Positions 1 through 12,690 of a stretch of 64,000 nt of DNA are shown here, in pieces. A program made the position numbers and the translations under genes. Every line of letters begins with the position of its first letter. Position 1 is the stretch's first letter. A model generated the notes under the pieces. That model saw only the letters and a list, made by a program, of their open reading frames with translations. It was not told where the DNA came from and searched no databases. The stretch is from Microthyrium microscopicum (lineage: Eukaryota): the NCBI GenBank assembly GCA_010405405.1, contig MU004234.1, positions 292,993 to 356,992 on the forward strand. The letters are read 5' to 3'.

Positions 1-1059
1 CAGCCGTGAATACTTGTGGCCTTCGTGATCATAGACACACTGTTCACTGGAACATCCCCGACAGCTAATAGATCTAGTCAGAAACACGTTTTAGTTTTTG
101 ACGACTTTACTTACGAGCGAGGATAAGAAGCTTTCCTTGCGGAGCCAAAGCTGATGTCAACGGAGTGATAAGTTCTGGGTTTGGCGCAGTGATGACAATC
201 AAATCGGCACCACCCATTTCGTTCAATTGCTCCTGGGCCGAGGACTTGCTGCCGTCAACGTAGTCAGTGGCACCAAGATCTTTCGCGAACTTTTCCTTGG
301 AGCCGCTGGATGAAAGAACGACCGTGCGATAACCCATTTTGCGCGAGTACTGAACGGCCAAATGACCGAGTCCGCCAAGGCCTTGGATTGCCACGATGCC
401 GCCGGGTTGGATACTCATGTTGCGGATGCCGTTGAAGACTGTCACGCCGGCACACATCAGACTAAAAGGTGATTAGATTTGCCTCATACAAGGGATGAAA
501 GCTTACGGAGCCATCAATGCTTTGTCCATATTCTCTGGAAGAATGACAGCCGCTTCTGAGCGAAGAGTGGTATACTCCGCATCTACATCCCATCAGTATC
601 ATACACCCGTCAATAGAGAAGGATAACTTACAGCCACCAACACGACTCACTCCATTCACAGCACCATTCTCACAGCACTGAAACAATCCCCTGCGGCAAG
701 AGCGACAAGTTCCATCCCATCCACCAGCCCAGGCACCACCAACGAGCATACCTTCTTTAAGGTTGTTCTTGACACCTGGACCTAAAGCTACGATGGTGCC
801 AACAGTCTCATGGCCTGGGATCAATGGCCAATCGCTACAGCTCCAGTCAATGAAGGCTCAATAGGAAGAAGAAGGAGTATACATACATAGGCCCCATCAT
901 GCCCTCAATGGCAAGAGAATCAGAGTGGCATACACCAGAGGTATGAACTTTGACGAGAACCTCGCCCTCTTTTGGCGTTGGGACGTCGATTTCGACAATT
1001 TCGAGTTTAGCGCCCTTGCTTTTCGCCATTGCGGCCTTGCATTTCTTTGGAATTGCCAT
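1..1059 (-). CDS. Zn-dependent medium-chain alcohol dehydrogenase (GroES-like + Rossmann), 3' end runs off the window
   Basis: Exons 1059-887, 834-632, 582-507, 461-115, 64-<1 join in frame. Motifs: GVCHSD, IPGHE, structural Zn Cys cluster (D-x2-C-x2-C-x7-C), GLGGLG. Confidence 0.93.
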
Positions 1060-1941
1060 TGCTAGCTTAGTATGGGATGAATTTGAGTCGAAGCTTTGAT
1101 GTTCAAGTATGACGAGAGGAAGTTGGATAAAAGTGGAATAGAAGGAGCGAGCTTAAGGTGTAGATAAGAGTATTTAAAGTGTGGGAAAGGGAAGACAAGC
1201 GTCCTTTTATAAAGTCTGATTTGATACCATTGTTTACAACGGTTGCTAGCTCTTGTGCTCTTGCCCCACCCAGCTGTTGATGTTGAATCATGTATTCACA
1301 CATGCAGCTTGCTGAGCTCACAAGCTAAGGCTATCAGAAATTGCCATCATCGTGTCTTAGCTTGCATGAATTCCTTCTAACTGCCATGCTGAAACACATA
1401 AATGGTGCTTGTTCTGCCATCTAGAGCATGCATATCGTTTTTATATGTTTGTCAGCTTGCACGGCTGGAGTATCAAAGTCACGATATCTCCGTCGGAAAA
1501 GAGCACTCCGGTCTTTATTAAACTCCCTGATTTCTTTATTGTTCAAAGCCTGCAATAAAGCCCCGCTCACCCTCTTCATCCAGACAGAACTTTTGAAATT
1601 CTCATCTAGATTTTCGGTGCTGGCCCTTTCAGTGTTGTGTCAACATGAAGCTCAAAGTTATGTTTGTTGACGATTACGTCACGCTGACGTACGGCAAATG
1701 CGATCTATGATGCTAAAAAGCTCATGCATTGTAGATTGATCTGTTTGGCTCCACTGGCGGCCGCCAGCGGGCATGACGGATGGAAAACCTGGCAAAGACC
1801 GTTGAGAAGCTGATCGCATCGACACAAGGATCTGAGTAATCTCTCTTTCCGTACATGAAAGATGCAAGGATTTCCAAAAAGATATTTATACAATACCATT
1901 CAAGAAAATCTAGCGCATTCTAACAACGCGAGCCGAACGGA

Positions 1942-4826
1942 TCATAACTTCGACTTAAGCGCCTCTAATCTAAACTTGACATCCTTCAACGGTTTACTAA
2001 CCGGCTTCCAATCATCAAACAGCGCCAGCAAATGCTGACACTCTGCACTTAACTGATTGCGCACCATTTCCTCTTCCAGCACGCCACGCATTGCCCAGGG
2101 CAAGAAGAAGGGGTTCGCATCTTTACTACCTGGCGGACCTTCGTACGTCTTCACGATGACTTCGGTGTGGGGTGGTGGGTTGGTGGTCTCGAGGGTGTGA
2201 GCTACTGCGGTGTCGTATAGGGCGGCGCAGTCGTAGAGACGGGAGTGGCCTTCGCCGGAGTAGAGGGAGCCGGCGAGGGCGGGAGAGAGTTCGCGGATTA
2301 GGCCGTGGTCTGAGAGGCCGAGATTGCGGAGTTTGAGGGCGAAGCCGACGAGTTCGGTTATGCTGGGTAATGTTAGATGTTGCATAGGGGGAGAGGATTA
2401 GGCGGCTTACAAGTCTGATGTGAAGATCCGACCGTCAACATAACATATGCGGTAGATGCAGGGATGTGAGATGTTGGAGAACGTGGAAGACTCTAAGGAG
2501 ACGAGCTGGTCATCAAGACTGCCGGCGTAGACTATCTTTACTCCGAATTTGAGGACTTCTTGAACGGCAGACATATAAGCCGTAGACACCTTCGACTGAG
2601 AGGATGTAAAGTCAAAAAGCTCAAGAGCGGAACGACCGAATAGCTGAGTCTTGTACTCGGCGAAAGGGCCAAGATTGACTCCAGCCATGGCACAGATACC
2701 AATCTTTGCTGTTGACACGCACCCAAATTTTATCAGCCGTTCTATCAGCATAATCGTGACTGGTACGCCTTGAGAATGGCATGCGAGCAGAATCATATCC
2801 GCAGATCTTATATGATCAATCCAATTGAGAAGTAGCTTCCAGAGCGTATCAACTCGATCAGCGATAAGACCTTCTCCTTCCAAAGATACCTTCTCGATCT
2901 CACATTCATAGCCTTGTTGTTCCGTCCAGGATTTGATAGCTGCTGCCGCCATGTTAGAGAAGCGAATAGATGTTCCAGTAGGAGGACCAAGCAAAGTCTG
3001 GATGATGGTATTAGGAAAGAATCCATGAACACCAATCGCAATGGCTTTGTGAATCCTCGGAGGATGGGGTTGTATGTGAAGATGTGGATGGTGTTGCTCT
3101 CCGCCTATGAAGTATTGTTTGATGTTCTGCCACATTGATGGCTGTTGGACCAAGGAATAAGTTCTCTTGAATTCCGGTAGGACGAGGTCTTGACGAGGCT
3201 CTTTGCTTATCCTAGCCTCTTTTGCTCCCGTCAATAGATCTTTACTTGCCGGGCTCACTGGCTTCACTTGGACTTCTTCTATTGTGGGAGTTTGAGGTCG
3301 ATCATTCTTTTTGTTTTTGGACTTCTTCGTCGCGGGCTTGGGTAGTTCTTTCTGCAGAGGCTCCTCTACTTCATTGAACTGTGCCACTTCCGGATTGGTT
3401 TGCGATGGCGTATTTGCAACAGCCAGCTCTCCGACCTGTTTGTGAATATCACTTTCTTCTACAGTATCAGTATCTGCTTTAGACCAAAAAGCCCAGCCAG
3501 AAGATTTGCGACTGCCATCCTTGCCATCTTTCAGGGAGCTGGCTCGTGATGATGGCCGATCCTGTTGCTGTACGGAGTCTAGTTGAGGAGTCTTAGTCTT
3601 TGCATTTTCAGCTTCGATGGCTTTATTTGCATCTATCGGCATTGGGGCGTCCTCGGAATTTTTGAGAGTTTCTGCGTTTTGCTTTGTGCTCCAACCCCAA
3701 AACCAGGACTTTAAATCTTCTGTCCGTGCTTTGGTTGTTACATCTTTAGCTGGATCAATAGTCTCAGTAGTCACAGTTTTGCCGTTGGCGTCGCCATTTA
3801 GGGTTGCAGTTGGATTATCAGCCTCGGTGATTGGAGTAGAGCCAGGAAGTGGTGTATTTTTGGCCTCATCAACCACTGCTGCGACGTCTTTCTCTACCTT
3901 CGTTTTACTTTCGTCGTATCCGTCAGGTCGCGACCAAAATCCACCAAACCACCCTCTAGATACAGGTTGAGACGCTGCACTCGAACTCAACGGCGTGCTG
4001 TCCTTATCTGCGGTCTTAGTGGGATCGGGTGGCAGCGGAGGATCCGGTTCAGCGCTCGTGGCGGTCTTTGTAGCGGGTCCCTTTACTGTGCCATTAGTTC
4101 GTTCCTTGGCTTTGCTAGACGTAATGCTGAGATTTGTGGTGGTGGCTGCAAGTGGCACGCTCTTGGTCGACCCATGATTACTGCCTGATAGATAACGTCT
4201 GGGAGACGGGCTGGGCGCATCGCTTGACTCTTTCGGCAGGTTCGGCGTAAGAGTCTGGTCGAGCTTTGGAGTCGAGCTTGATTTTGCAGAGATGCTCTCT
4301 CGACGTACCTCCGTTGTCGCTTGTGGTCGGGCTTTCGATTTCCAGCTTCCGTACCAGCCGCTCCCTCGTGCCTCTGATATTGTAGCTTTTGCTCTAGTGT
4401 TCCGTGCAGGAGTTGAAACCAGTGTTTCGGTGGATGCTTCGGGCTGCGGGATCGTTGGAGTTTGGGACTCGATGGTGGATGTAGAGTTTGTTATGGAGGA
4501 GGTAGGTTCGTTCTCGGTGGTCGTTGGCGTTGGAGGCTCATTCTGCTCCACGTCCTTCTTTGGTATCCGCGGCTTGGACTTCTTGCGTGAGGGCATGGGG
4601 ATACGGGAAGCTATGAGATCCACGAGATCGTAGCGTCGCTATAAGACGGTCAGTTTTCGTGATTCATGAATAAAGAAGCAAAAACAGCAGCTTGTGTATT
4701 GTGTATAGGTGCGTCATGGCGGGGATACGTGTATGTTGACGCATGTTTGGTGGTGATTTGACTTACCTTGCGTCCAGAGTCTGGTGGTGAAGAATCTATG
4801 GGGATGTTATCTTGTTCTCCAGACAT
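1942..4826 (-). CDS. YML020W-like conserved fungal protein: long disordered N-terminus, C-terminal alpha/beta-hydrolase-like domain, ends in -SKL
   Basis: Exons 4826-4767, 4638-2411, 2362-1942 join in frame via GTAAGT..TAG and GTAAGC..CAG introns. Motifs IGVHGFFP, GPPTGTS, CHSQG, LRNLGLSDHGL, NPFFLPW. Confidence 0.8.
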
Positions 4827-5004
4827 AGACAGGATAGAACGCAAGGGGACAGAGTGGTGAGAGAAAGAGACAATGCGATTGCCTGATGGACGTGGTATCA
4901 TCACAGACAACTCTGGCCGTTGGGCTGGGAAGGCGCGAAAGCGCGCTAGTAACGCCACCAGTTCATAGCCGCTAAGAAAGTGTCCAGCCAATCAACTCTC
5001 CCTC

Positions 5005-5039
5005 AATTTTTCAACCTCCCCGCCCGAACTTTTTTCGCA
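5005..5039. promoter_or_regulatory. RRPE-like element(s) in the 266-bp divergent promoter upstream of SPB1
   Basis: AATTTTTCA at 5005-5013 (reverse TGAAAAATT) and AACTTTTTTCGCA at 5027-5039 resemble the yeast ribosome-biogenesis RRPE motif. Function is inferred. Confidence 0.4.
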
Positions 5040-5092
5040 CTCCAAAAGTTCGGTGGTCAATCCGACAGAAAAGACACCGGTACAAAGTCGAC

Positions 5093-7635
5093 ATGGCGAT
5101 CCAAAAGAAGGTACGGTAATGAATTCCTGTATAACTCGTAAGCTAACTGTTCTCTAGCACGGCAAAGGCCGTCTCGATAAATGGTACCGCCTCGCCAAAG
5201 AGAAAGGATACCGCGCTCGTGCCGCCTTCAAACTCATCCAGCTAAACAAGAAATACCACTTCCTGGAGAAGAGCAAAGTGCTCATCGATCTCTGCGCCGC
5301 ACCTGGATCATGGTGTCAAGTTGCCGCGGAGGTCATGCCTCCCAACAGTCTCATCGTCGGCGTCGATCTCTCCCCAATCAAAGCCATTCCTCGTTGTATT
5401 ACATTTCAAAGCGATATCACAACAGACAAGTGTCGCGCGACGCTTCGTCAACATTTGAAGACATGGAAGGCCGATACTGTGCTCCATGACGGTGCGCCGA
5501 ATGTTGGTACCGCATGGGTTCAGGATGCATACACGCAGGCGGAATTGGTGCTGCAGAGTATGAAGTTGGCTACCGACTTTTTGGCCGAGGGCGGGACGTT
5601 TGTTACCAAGATCTTCCGATCGAAGGATTACAACTCACTACTCTGGGTTTTTAATCAGCTTTTTACGAAGGTTGAAGCAACCAAGCCACCATCCTCCAGA
5701 AGTGTATCTGCCGAGATCTTCGTCGTATGTCGTGGTTACAAGGCACCCAAGAAATTAGACCCAAAGTTTCTGGACCCAAAGTCCGTATTCGCGGATTTGC
5801 AAGAGGCCACACCCAACAACGAGGCAAAGGTCTTCAATCCGGAGAAGAAGAAGCGTAAGAGAGAGGGTTACGAAGAGGGTGACTGGACACAATTCAAGGA
5901 AGTACCCGCCAGCGAATTCATCCAAACCTCAGATCCTATCGCTATGCTGGCTACTGTCAACAAGCTCAGCTTCGAGCAAAAGCCAAACGGCGATATCGCA
6001 CTAGCTACCCTGGATCGTCTACCGGAAACCACTGAAGAAGTCCGATTATGTTGTGCAGATCTCAAAGTGCTCGGCAGAAAGGATTTCAGAACACTTCTAC
6101 GGTGGAGACTGAAAGCTCGAGATATTTTTGGATTTGCATCAAAGAAGGACGATGTAGCTGGCGAAGAGGAGGTTGCAGAAGTAGCGCCAATGGATGAGGA
6201 AATGAAGATTGCAGAAGAGATGGAACGTTTGAAAGAACAAGGTGACAAGAAAAAGAAAAAGGAGCGAAGAAGAAACAACGAGCAAAAACAAAAAGATATC
6301 GTACGAATGCAAATGCACATGACGACTCCCATGGAGCTAGGCATGGAACAATCTGGTCCAGAAGGCGAAGGTGCGATGTTCGATTTGAAACCAGTCGACA
6401 AGTCCGGCGCTGTGAGCCACATTTCTCGAGGACGAATGCACACTGTTGTCGAAGAAGAGGTACAACCAAATTCGGAGGATGATGAAGACATGGATTCTGA
6501 TTCTGATGGAGATATGCTTGAACGCCAACTGGACAACATGTACGACGATTTTCAGGATCGCCGAAAGGCTGCGGATGCAAAATATCGCGCCAAAAAAGCT
6601 CGTGAGGAGTATGGAGATGCAGAGTGGAAGGGCATATCTGACAGTGAGCATGAAGAAGAGTCAAGTGATGACGGTATCGTGGAGGATGATCAAAGTGATG
6701 CATCTGATGATGAAGAGGATGGCCCAAAGACACTTATCAAGGATTTGGACAACAGCGGTACGACCAAGGGATTGACACGTCGTGCTGCCCTGTTCTTCGA
6801 TCAAGACATATTCAAAAACATCCCAGACTTGGAAGATGATGGTTCCGAGGAAGATGAAGATAGCGGTATTGACGTTGACGAATCTCCGGAGCTGAGTCAA
6901 TCGCAAGCCGTGCCGGAAACAACAAATAAGACTTTTGAAACCGAAATAGACGAAGCAGTTCAAGACTCGGACTCGGACTCAGAAAACGATTTCGAGATCA
7001 TGGGAGTAGAGGACAAGATGGAGACCTGGGAAGAGGAAGATGATCCTGAACCAATGAAAAATGGCCGACCGGACATCGACATCATCACAGCTGAAGCAAT
7101 GACATTAGCTCACGAACTAGCCACCGGCAAAAAGACAAAAGCTGGGCTGGCCGATGACAACTTCAACAGATACACCTTCCGATCCACTGATGGACTTCCA
7201 GACTGGTTCTTAGACGATGAAAACGAGCACGCCAGAATTCAACGTCCAATCACTAAAGCGGCTGCCAATGCTATCAAAGAAAAGCTGAGAGCACTCAACG
7301 CGCGACCAATCAAGAAGGTCATGGAAGCGAAAGCCCGAAAGAAGTTCAAGGCTGCTCGTCGACTAGAGAAATTGAAGAAGAAGAGCGCCCTCTTACTTGA
7401 AGATGAAGGGGTGTCTATGGCCGACAAGGCGAAGTCCATTTCACAGATGATGGCCAAAGCTGCCAAGAAGCAACCGAAGCGGAATACTAAGCTTGTGTTT
7501 GCAAAGGGCGGTAATAGAGGTATCAGTGGCCGTCCAAAGGGCACGAAAGGCCGTTATAAGATGGTTGATGCGAGATTGAAGAAGGATGTTCGTGCGCAGA
7601 AGCGGTTGAAGAAGCGGGACAGCAAGAAACGATAA
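5093..7635 (+). CDS. SPB1: AdoMet-dependent rRNA 2'-O-methyltransferase Spb1
   Basis: Exon 5093-5110 (MAIQKK), intron 5111-5157, exon 5158-7635 ([26 protein letters not shown]). Motifs [25 protein letters not shown]; Spb1 C-terminus LPDWFLDDE...ARPIKKV. Confidence 0.97.
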
Positions 7636-7903
7636 TTGTTGACGTTCTCAAAGTGTCAAATACAGTATGCTTCTCGATCATCCTTCGGTTCCCTCCATGA
7701 CCTTGAGACTGCTTGTCTGACATTTAAGCTGCGGAGGCTGTGAGGCTGGCTCGACTGACAAGGAGAGGAGAATACGAGACTTGACCTACCTTATAGGTTC
7801 ACGCACTTCATGGCAGCCTAATCTCTCGAACGAAGCTCAGTTTGAATGGAACCCAAAGAGAACTCTCTAGAAAATCGCTTCATCGTCTTTCTTAACTGAA
7901 GAG

Positions 7904-8857
7904 ATGTCTCGTCAAATGGATCCCGAAGTTTTGCAAGGTCTGCAGGCGTTCAGTGCTGCTAACCCTGGACCGCCAAATGCTTCGAATGCTGATCCTTAAG
8001 ATATCAAAACGAGAATAACAAATACAACACACAGGGAGCTCTTAGCACAGACACCAAAAGTAGGCGATGTCGAAACGACAAATTTCTGTACCACAACGAA
8101 TGATGGCCATTCATTGCTCATGCGTTGGTATACTAGAACAGCACCCTCCAACCCATCATCATCACCATCACCATCTCCATCACCATCTCCATCTCCAGCA
8201 ATTCTATTATTCACGGTGGCGGCTTCTTCGGCGGCTCAGTCGAATGGCACAAACCAGTAGTCTCCAACTACGTATCTATAAGCGGCATCCCCTTTCTCTC
8301 CATCGATTACCGCTTGACACCAGAGGCCAAGTATTCAACACTAGTAGAAGATTGCTTCACAGACCTGACCTAGCTACATGATCACACCTCAGAAATGAAC
8401 ATCGACCGTGCCCCCGAATCGCAGTAATGGGCGACAGCGCAGGTGGTGGTCTCACTCTCCTCGCTCGAGAACGCAATGGTCTCAAGATTGCAAAACAAGT
8501 TCTTGTTTATCCTATGCTGGACGACAAATCTACGACTCCCAAGCATGACTAATTTGACATCCTGCTACGGGACGCTACGGACAGCATGATGGCCTGGTCG
8601 GCAGTGTTGGGTGATCAGGTTGGTGGACCAGATGTGCTAGAAACTGCTGTGGCAGCGACAACCTATATTGAAGTTGGTGATGTTGATCATGTTAGAGATG
8701 AGTGCTTGGAGTTTGCATCGACGCTGTTGAAGGGTGGAGTTCAGGTTGAGTTTCATTTGAGGCCTGGATGTCCTCATTTATTCGACTTGCTGGCTCCGGT
8801 GCGCAGAGTATGAGAGCTGTTGGGGATCGTGTTAGGGCGATTCAGTGTATTCCATAA
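7904..8857 (+). pseudogene. Disrupted HSL-family (Abhydrolase_3) esterase/lipase
   Basis: HGGGFFGG (8212), IDYRL, GDSAGGGL (8430), YPMLDD, EVGDVD and PGCPHLF lie in different frames. In-frame stops TAA 7997 and TAG 8371; frameshifts near 8210 and 8413. Confidence 0.85.
8153..8197 (+). repeat. Imperfect hexamer microsatellite (CCATCA/CCATCT)n
   Basis: ccatcatcatcaccatcaccatctccatcaccatctccatctcca; reads (SP)n in the esterase frame. Confidence 0.85.
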
Positions 8858-9853
8858 GGCTGTTTTTTCTTTCCAAGCAAGAAACCGTCATATTGTTCTT
8901 TGCTAGAAGCTGTTCTTCATTTCATTATGTTCTTGTTTGATCAGTCATTTCGAACTTCGGTTCAGTGAATTTAGTACTTCAACCGAAGAAGTCCTATGTC
9001 GGATCAGATGTGAAACACATGATAGTAGAGTACCACCAATAAATTTAGCATTTCCAAGGATGATGCCAATCCTTGACCCTTGAAATGGATCTTCGTGCCT
9101 TGATTCTTAGCGTAACCTCGCCCATCATCTGTAGCTTCACAAAGCTACTGTATCTTCCACACTTAACCTCGCTCCAAAGTTTAGCACTATACAACTCCTT
9201 TGTCACTCCATCGCGAGCTTCAAGTTTGCTTGCGATCGACCACCAGGTCACGGCTATCGCTTCAAACCATCTCAGGGACAAAGTGGGGTCATCATCAGGT
9301 AGATCGTACCAACTACCAACGCAGCCTTCCGCGGGGCAAGCTTGGTTGAACAACCAAGTTCAGTGCACCTCACGCAGTCACGCAACCAACGGCGACTTGC
9401 ATGAATCCTGCGAACAGAGCTCTTGTACTACCATATCTTCCAGTGGCATCGCTACGATCTGCTATCAGTGCCCGCGCGATCCAACACATCACGATTTGCA
9501 AGACCTTGGATATTGAGGAGACAGGATGTTGAGCGGATTGAGCGGACCGGTAAGATATATTTCTTTCTATACTGTACATTGCACGACCCTCTTCTTCGAC
9601 CCTTGCCACAGCGCGATATCATTCAACACTGCAAACCCCAGAATGGTTGTGTATGAGGAAGCATCCAAGCGGGGGAGTACAAACGAAGAGCGGCCGCATA
9701 TATGGACACACTCGCTGAGCACCTACGGCACCGTCACTTGAATCTTTGACCTTAACCCACAAACACACACTTCCTTTCAAAATGCAGACTGATGTTGCAT
9801 TTCATTTTGTTGATCCGCTTTTGGCTCCTTATTACTATACAAGCTATAGTTGT

Positions 9854-11100
9854 ATGGTTCTTGCAATGACTAAGCTATTCTCACAGAAAAAGCCGTATTC
9901 GGCGGTCACGGTTCACATTGAGCGGCTGACGGGAGAGGAGTATGCGGAGAATGATCTCTCTGGTATCGTGGATCTGATAGAGGTCATTCGTATACAAGAC
10001 AGTGGGCCTACGGAAGCGGCGAGAGCAATTCGAAAGAAGCTGTAAGAATAAGGCATACGTTTACTGCGAGAGATGCTAATTGAACGCATAGGAAGTATGG
10101 GAATCTTCATCGCCAGCTTCGGGCTCTGACGATCCTGGACGGTCTCATTCAAAATGCTGGCGCCAGATTCCAAAGGACGTTTGCAGACGAGCCACTACTA
10201 GAGCGGCTACGTCTCATGCCCAGGGATGATATGGTCGATGCAGATGTTCGAGCGAAATGCAACACACTGTATCGACAATGGGCCGCTGCATACAAAACAA
10301 CACCAGGCTTAGCTCCCGTCGCCAGTCTGTACAAGCAACTTCCGACTACGAAAAAGATGCAGCCATCACAGTCACGAGTTGTCCGCGAAACAGAGCAAGA
10401 AGCGCAGCGTGAGATAGCAGCTTCGCCGCCGAAACCAAGTGCTTCAAAGCCACAGCCTCCAGTACCATCCAGACCAGTGCAACTGGGCCAAACGAGCAGC
10501 TCGTCATTTTTCAGTCGATCAAAGGACAAGAAGAAGAGTAAAGGGCATACATCGTTCAATCTGGAGAAAGAGAAGGGTCAACTCATGGAAACAATAGCGG
10601 CGTCTTCAGTTGCAAGCACCAATCTCATCAACGCTATTCGGTTAATCAACCGAGAGAACCAACGCGTCAGCGAGAATCCCGAAGCACGAAACCGTTTTGA
10701 GCAATGCAAAGGTCTACGTCGCTCAATTTTACGCTATATCCAACTGGTAGAATCGGAGCAATATATCGGCGGTCTACTCAGCGCCAATGACGAGCTCGTG
10801 AAAGCTCTGATGTCGTACGAGGTTATGGACAAGAGCATCGACGATGACAGCGACAGTGATGTAGAATATATGGCCAGCAGGGCCCGCCGCATGTCTGGTG
10901 GCAAGGACGTGGAGCAGCAACTAGCTGGCATCAGTCTCAATGCTGTTGCGGCATCACCACCTACTCCTCCTAGAGCTGTGGCGCCACCTCCCAAAGAGGA
11001 AAGTGAGGAAGAGGAAGAGGACGATGATGATGACAATCCGTTCGCAGATCGGAATGCGGTGAAGACTCCGCACATTGAGAAGACTGGAATGGCTTGGTGA
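9854..11100 (+). CDS. LSB5: VHS + GAT domain endocytic adaptor, Lsb5-like
   Basis: Exon 9854-10041 (KKPYSAVT...EAARAIRKKL), intron 10042-10091, exon from 10092 (KYGNLHRQLRALTILD). GAT-like LLSANDELVKAL; C-terminal acidic DNPFAD (NPF). A terminal intron 11097-11146 is possible. The start could be 9866. Confidence 0.82.
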
Positions 11101-11690
11101 GGCCCGATTGCGGGGATTCATCGAATATATACTAACTCATAACTAGGCGGTGATCTGACAGCATTGGGTAGTGTTAGAGGTGGCATTTCGTAACTCAATG
11201 TTCAGCTGGGCTATATTTATTCTCAAATCCTTTGAAGAGTCTCCCAGCTAGCGGCCATATAATCCATGTCAATTACACAAATATCCCACCTTCTTGTGCG
11301 TTTTGTTTTGGAATATTGGACCGTGTAGCTCTGCTGCTCTACCATCTTAATGCAGGTTTCCTGAATCATACTTGATCCGCCCTTTTTGAATCCCGGAACT
11401 TCACTCAAGTCCCACTTCTTCACATTTCCCAATAGCAATCCCTCCGTGTAAATAGTCAATTATTTCTCGTCTATACCGATTTTATATCGCATACATTGTG
11501 TCCAATCAGGGCTCATCTACAAAAGTGACCTCTCGGATCTACGTCACCAATCTGGATGAGCCTCGCGGCTACGCGGCTGTGCCATGGTTTCTTAGGTATC
11601 TGCAAGCTTTAATCTTTACGAGCCGAGCCTTGGAAAAAGTACCAAGAAATGCAAGCCCCGCTGACTCTCGCGCTAACATCAGTCGCTACA

Positions 11691-11840
11691 TATAAATCCT
11701 CTTGGAGGCCGTTCTGTGCTAACTCGTCTACCTTCGCTCAACCACCACGCACATTTACAGCTCTACCTTTTCGCACTTCCCATTGTGAGTATATTATGTA
11801 TATTTAGTGCTAATCGAGGACGGACTAATTTTGAGAACAG
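11691..11840 (+). promoter_or_regulatory. TATA box and 5'-UTR intron of the CaaX micro-gene
   Basis: TATAAA at 11691-11696, then a pyrimidine-rich leader. GTGAGT (11785)...CTAAT...AACAG (11840) intron ends 25 nt before ATG 11866. Confidence 0.65.
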
Positions 11841-11865
11841 ATCAGTAGTCGCCACAATCGTCAAT

Positions 11866-12044
11866 ATGCCTGGTAGCCAGACGTCCTCTATTGTCAAGCC
11901 CATCAAGCCTTCGGGCACCAAGAGCGGCTGTCTTGCTTGTCCGTGTCCGGATGGAGGCTGCTGTGAGATTTGTTGCTGTAAGTTTCTTGCTATCGCTTGA
12001 TTTAGTAGAGTGAATGGCTGATGTGGATAGGTACCGTGATGTGA
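11866..12044 (+). CDS. 41-aa Cys-rich peptide ending in CaaX (CTVM); candidate prenylated peptide
   Basis: Exon 11866-11977, intron 11978-12030 (GTAAGT..GCTGAT..TAG), exon 12031-12044. Product MPGSQTSSIVKPIKPSGTKSGCLACPCPDGGCCEICCCTVM. Confidence 0.8.
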
Positions 12045-12690
12045 GAGGGCAGAGAGATGCCGTTATGGAAGACAATCTATGGTGGTCATATCATGATCTC
12101 AGATGTTTATAGCATTTCCTACTGCACAGAGAGTTAATGAATAAAGACGAAATACTCCAAAACCGGGCGCTACCAACCACCTATCACAAGAACGATCACC
12201 ATCTGGCTTCGTTTTGCTTTCTCAATCATGGCTGTGAACTGAAGCCGCATTCCAAACTCTCTTGATTTGCCATGGAAATCTTAGGAATACCTGTGTCTTC
12301 AAGCTTTTGACCCCCCTGAACCAATCGCGCCATCTCCTTTGCTATCTTGAATACCGTCGCCATACCTCCACCGTTAAATCCCGCCATCACAAATCATCCA
12401 GGCACGCCGCCGATATGGGGGTAGCCATCTGGTGTGTAGCTCATGATTCCCTTCCGTGTGTAGTCCACGTTTCCACCCTGCGTTGCTCTTTTGGGTGCTC
12501 GCTGACAATGGCAGAACTGGCGCGCCACATAGCCATCGAAAAAACGCTCTTGGAGAGAGAAAAGTGTGAAGATTGCCTCACTGTCGGTTTGCTGTGATGC
12601 TTTAATTTGGCTCGAGATGTCGCTAATTACAACGTGGATAACTCGAAAACGATACTGCTTTTCTACTAAACAGCCTCTGAGCTCCTGTGG

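Noticed and set aside
5868..6733. Long antisense ORFs (223 and 215 aa) inside SPB1
   Set aside because: Shadow frames of a Glu/Asp/Lys-rich coding strand; low-complexity Ser/Phe translation.
8067..8381. Poly-His ORF suggesting a metal-binding peptide
   Set aside because: Alternative frame of the CCATCW microsatellite inside the esterase pseudogene.
9045..9741. Several overlapping 70-150 aa ORFs upstream of the LSB5-like gene
   Set aside because: No recognisable motif or consistent splice model; cannot be supported without a search.
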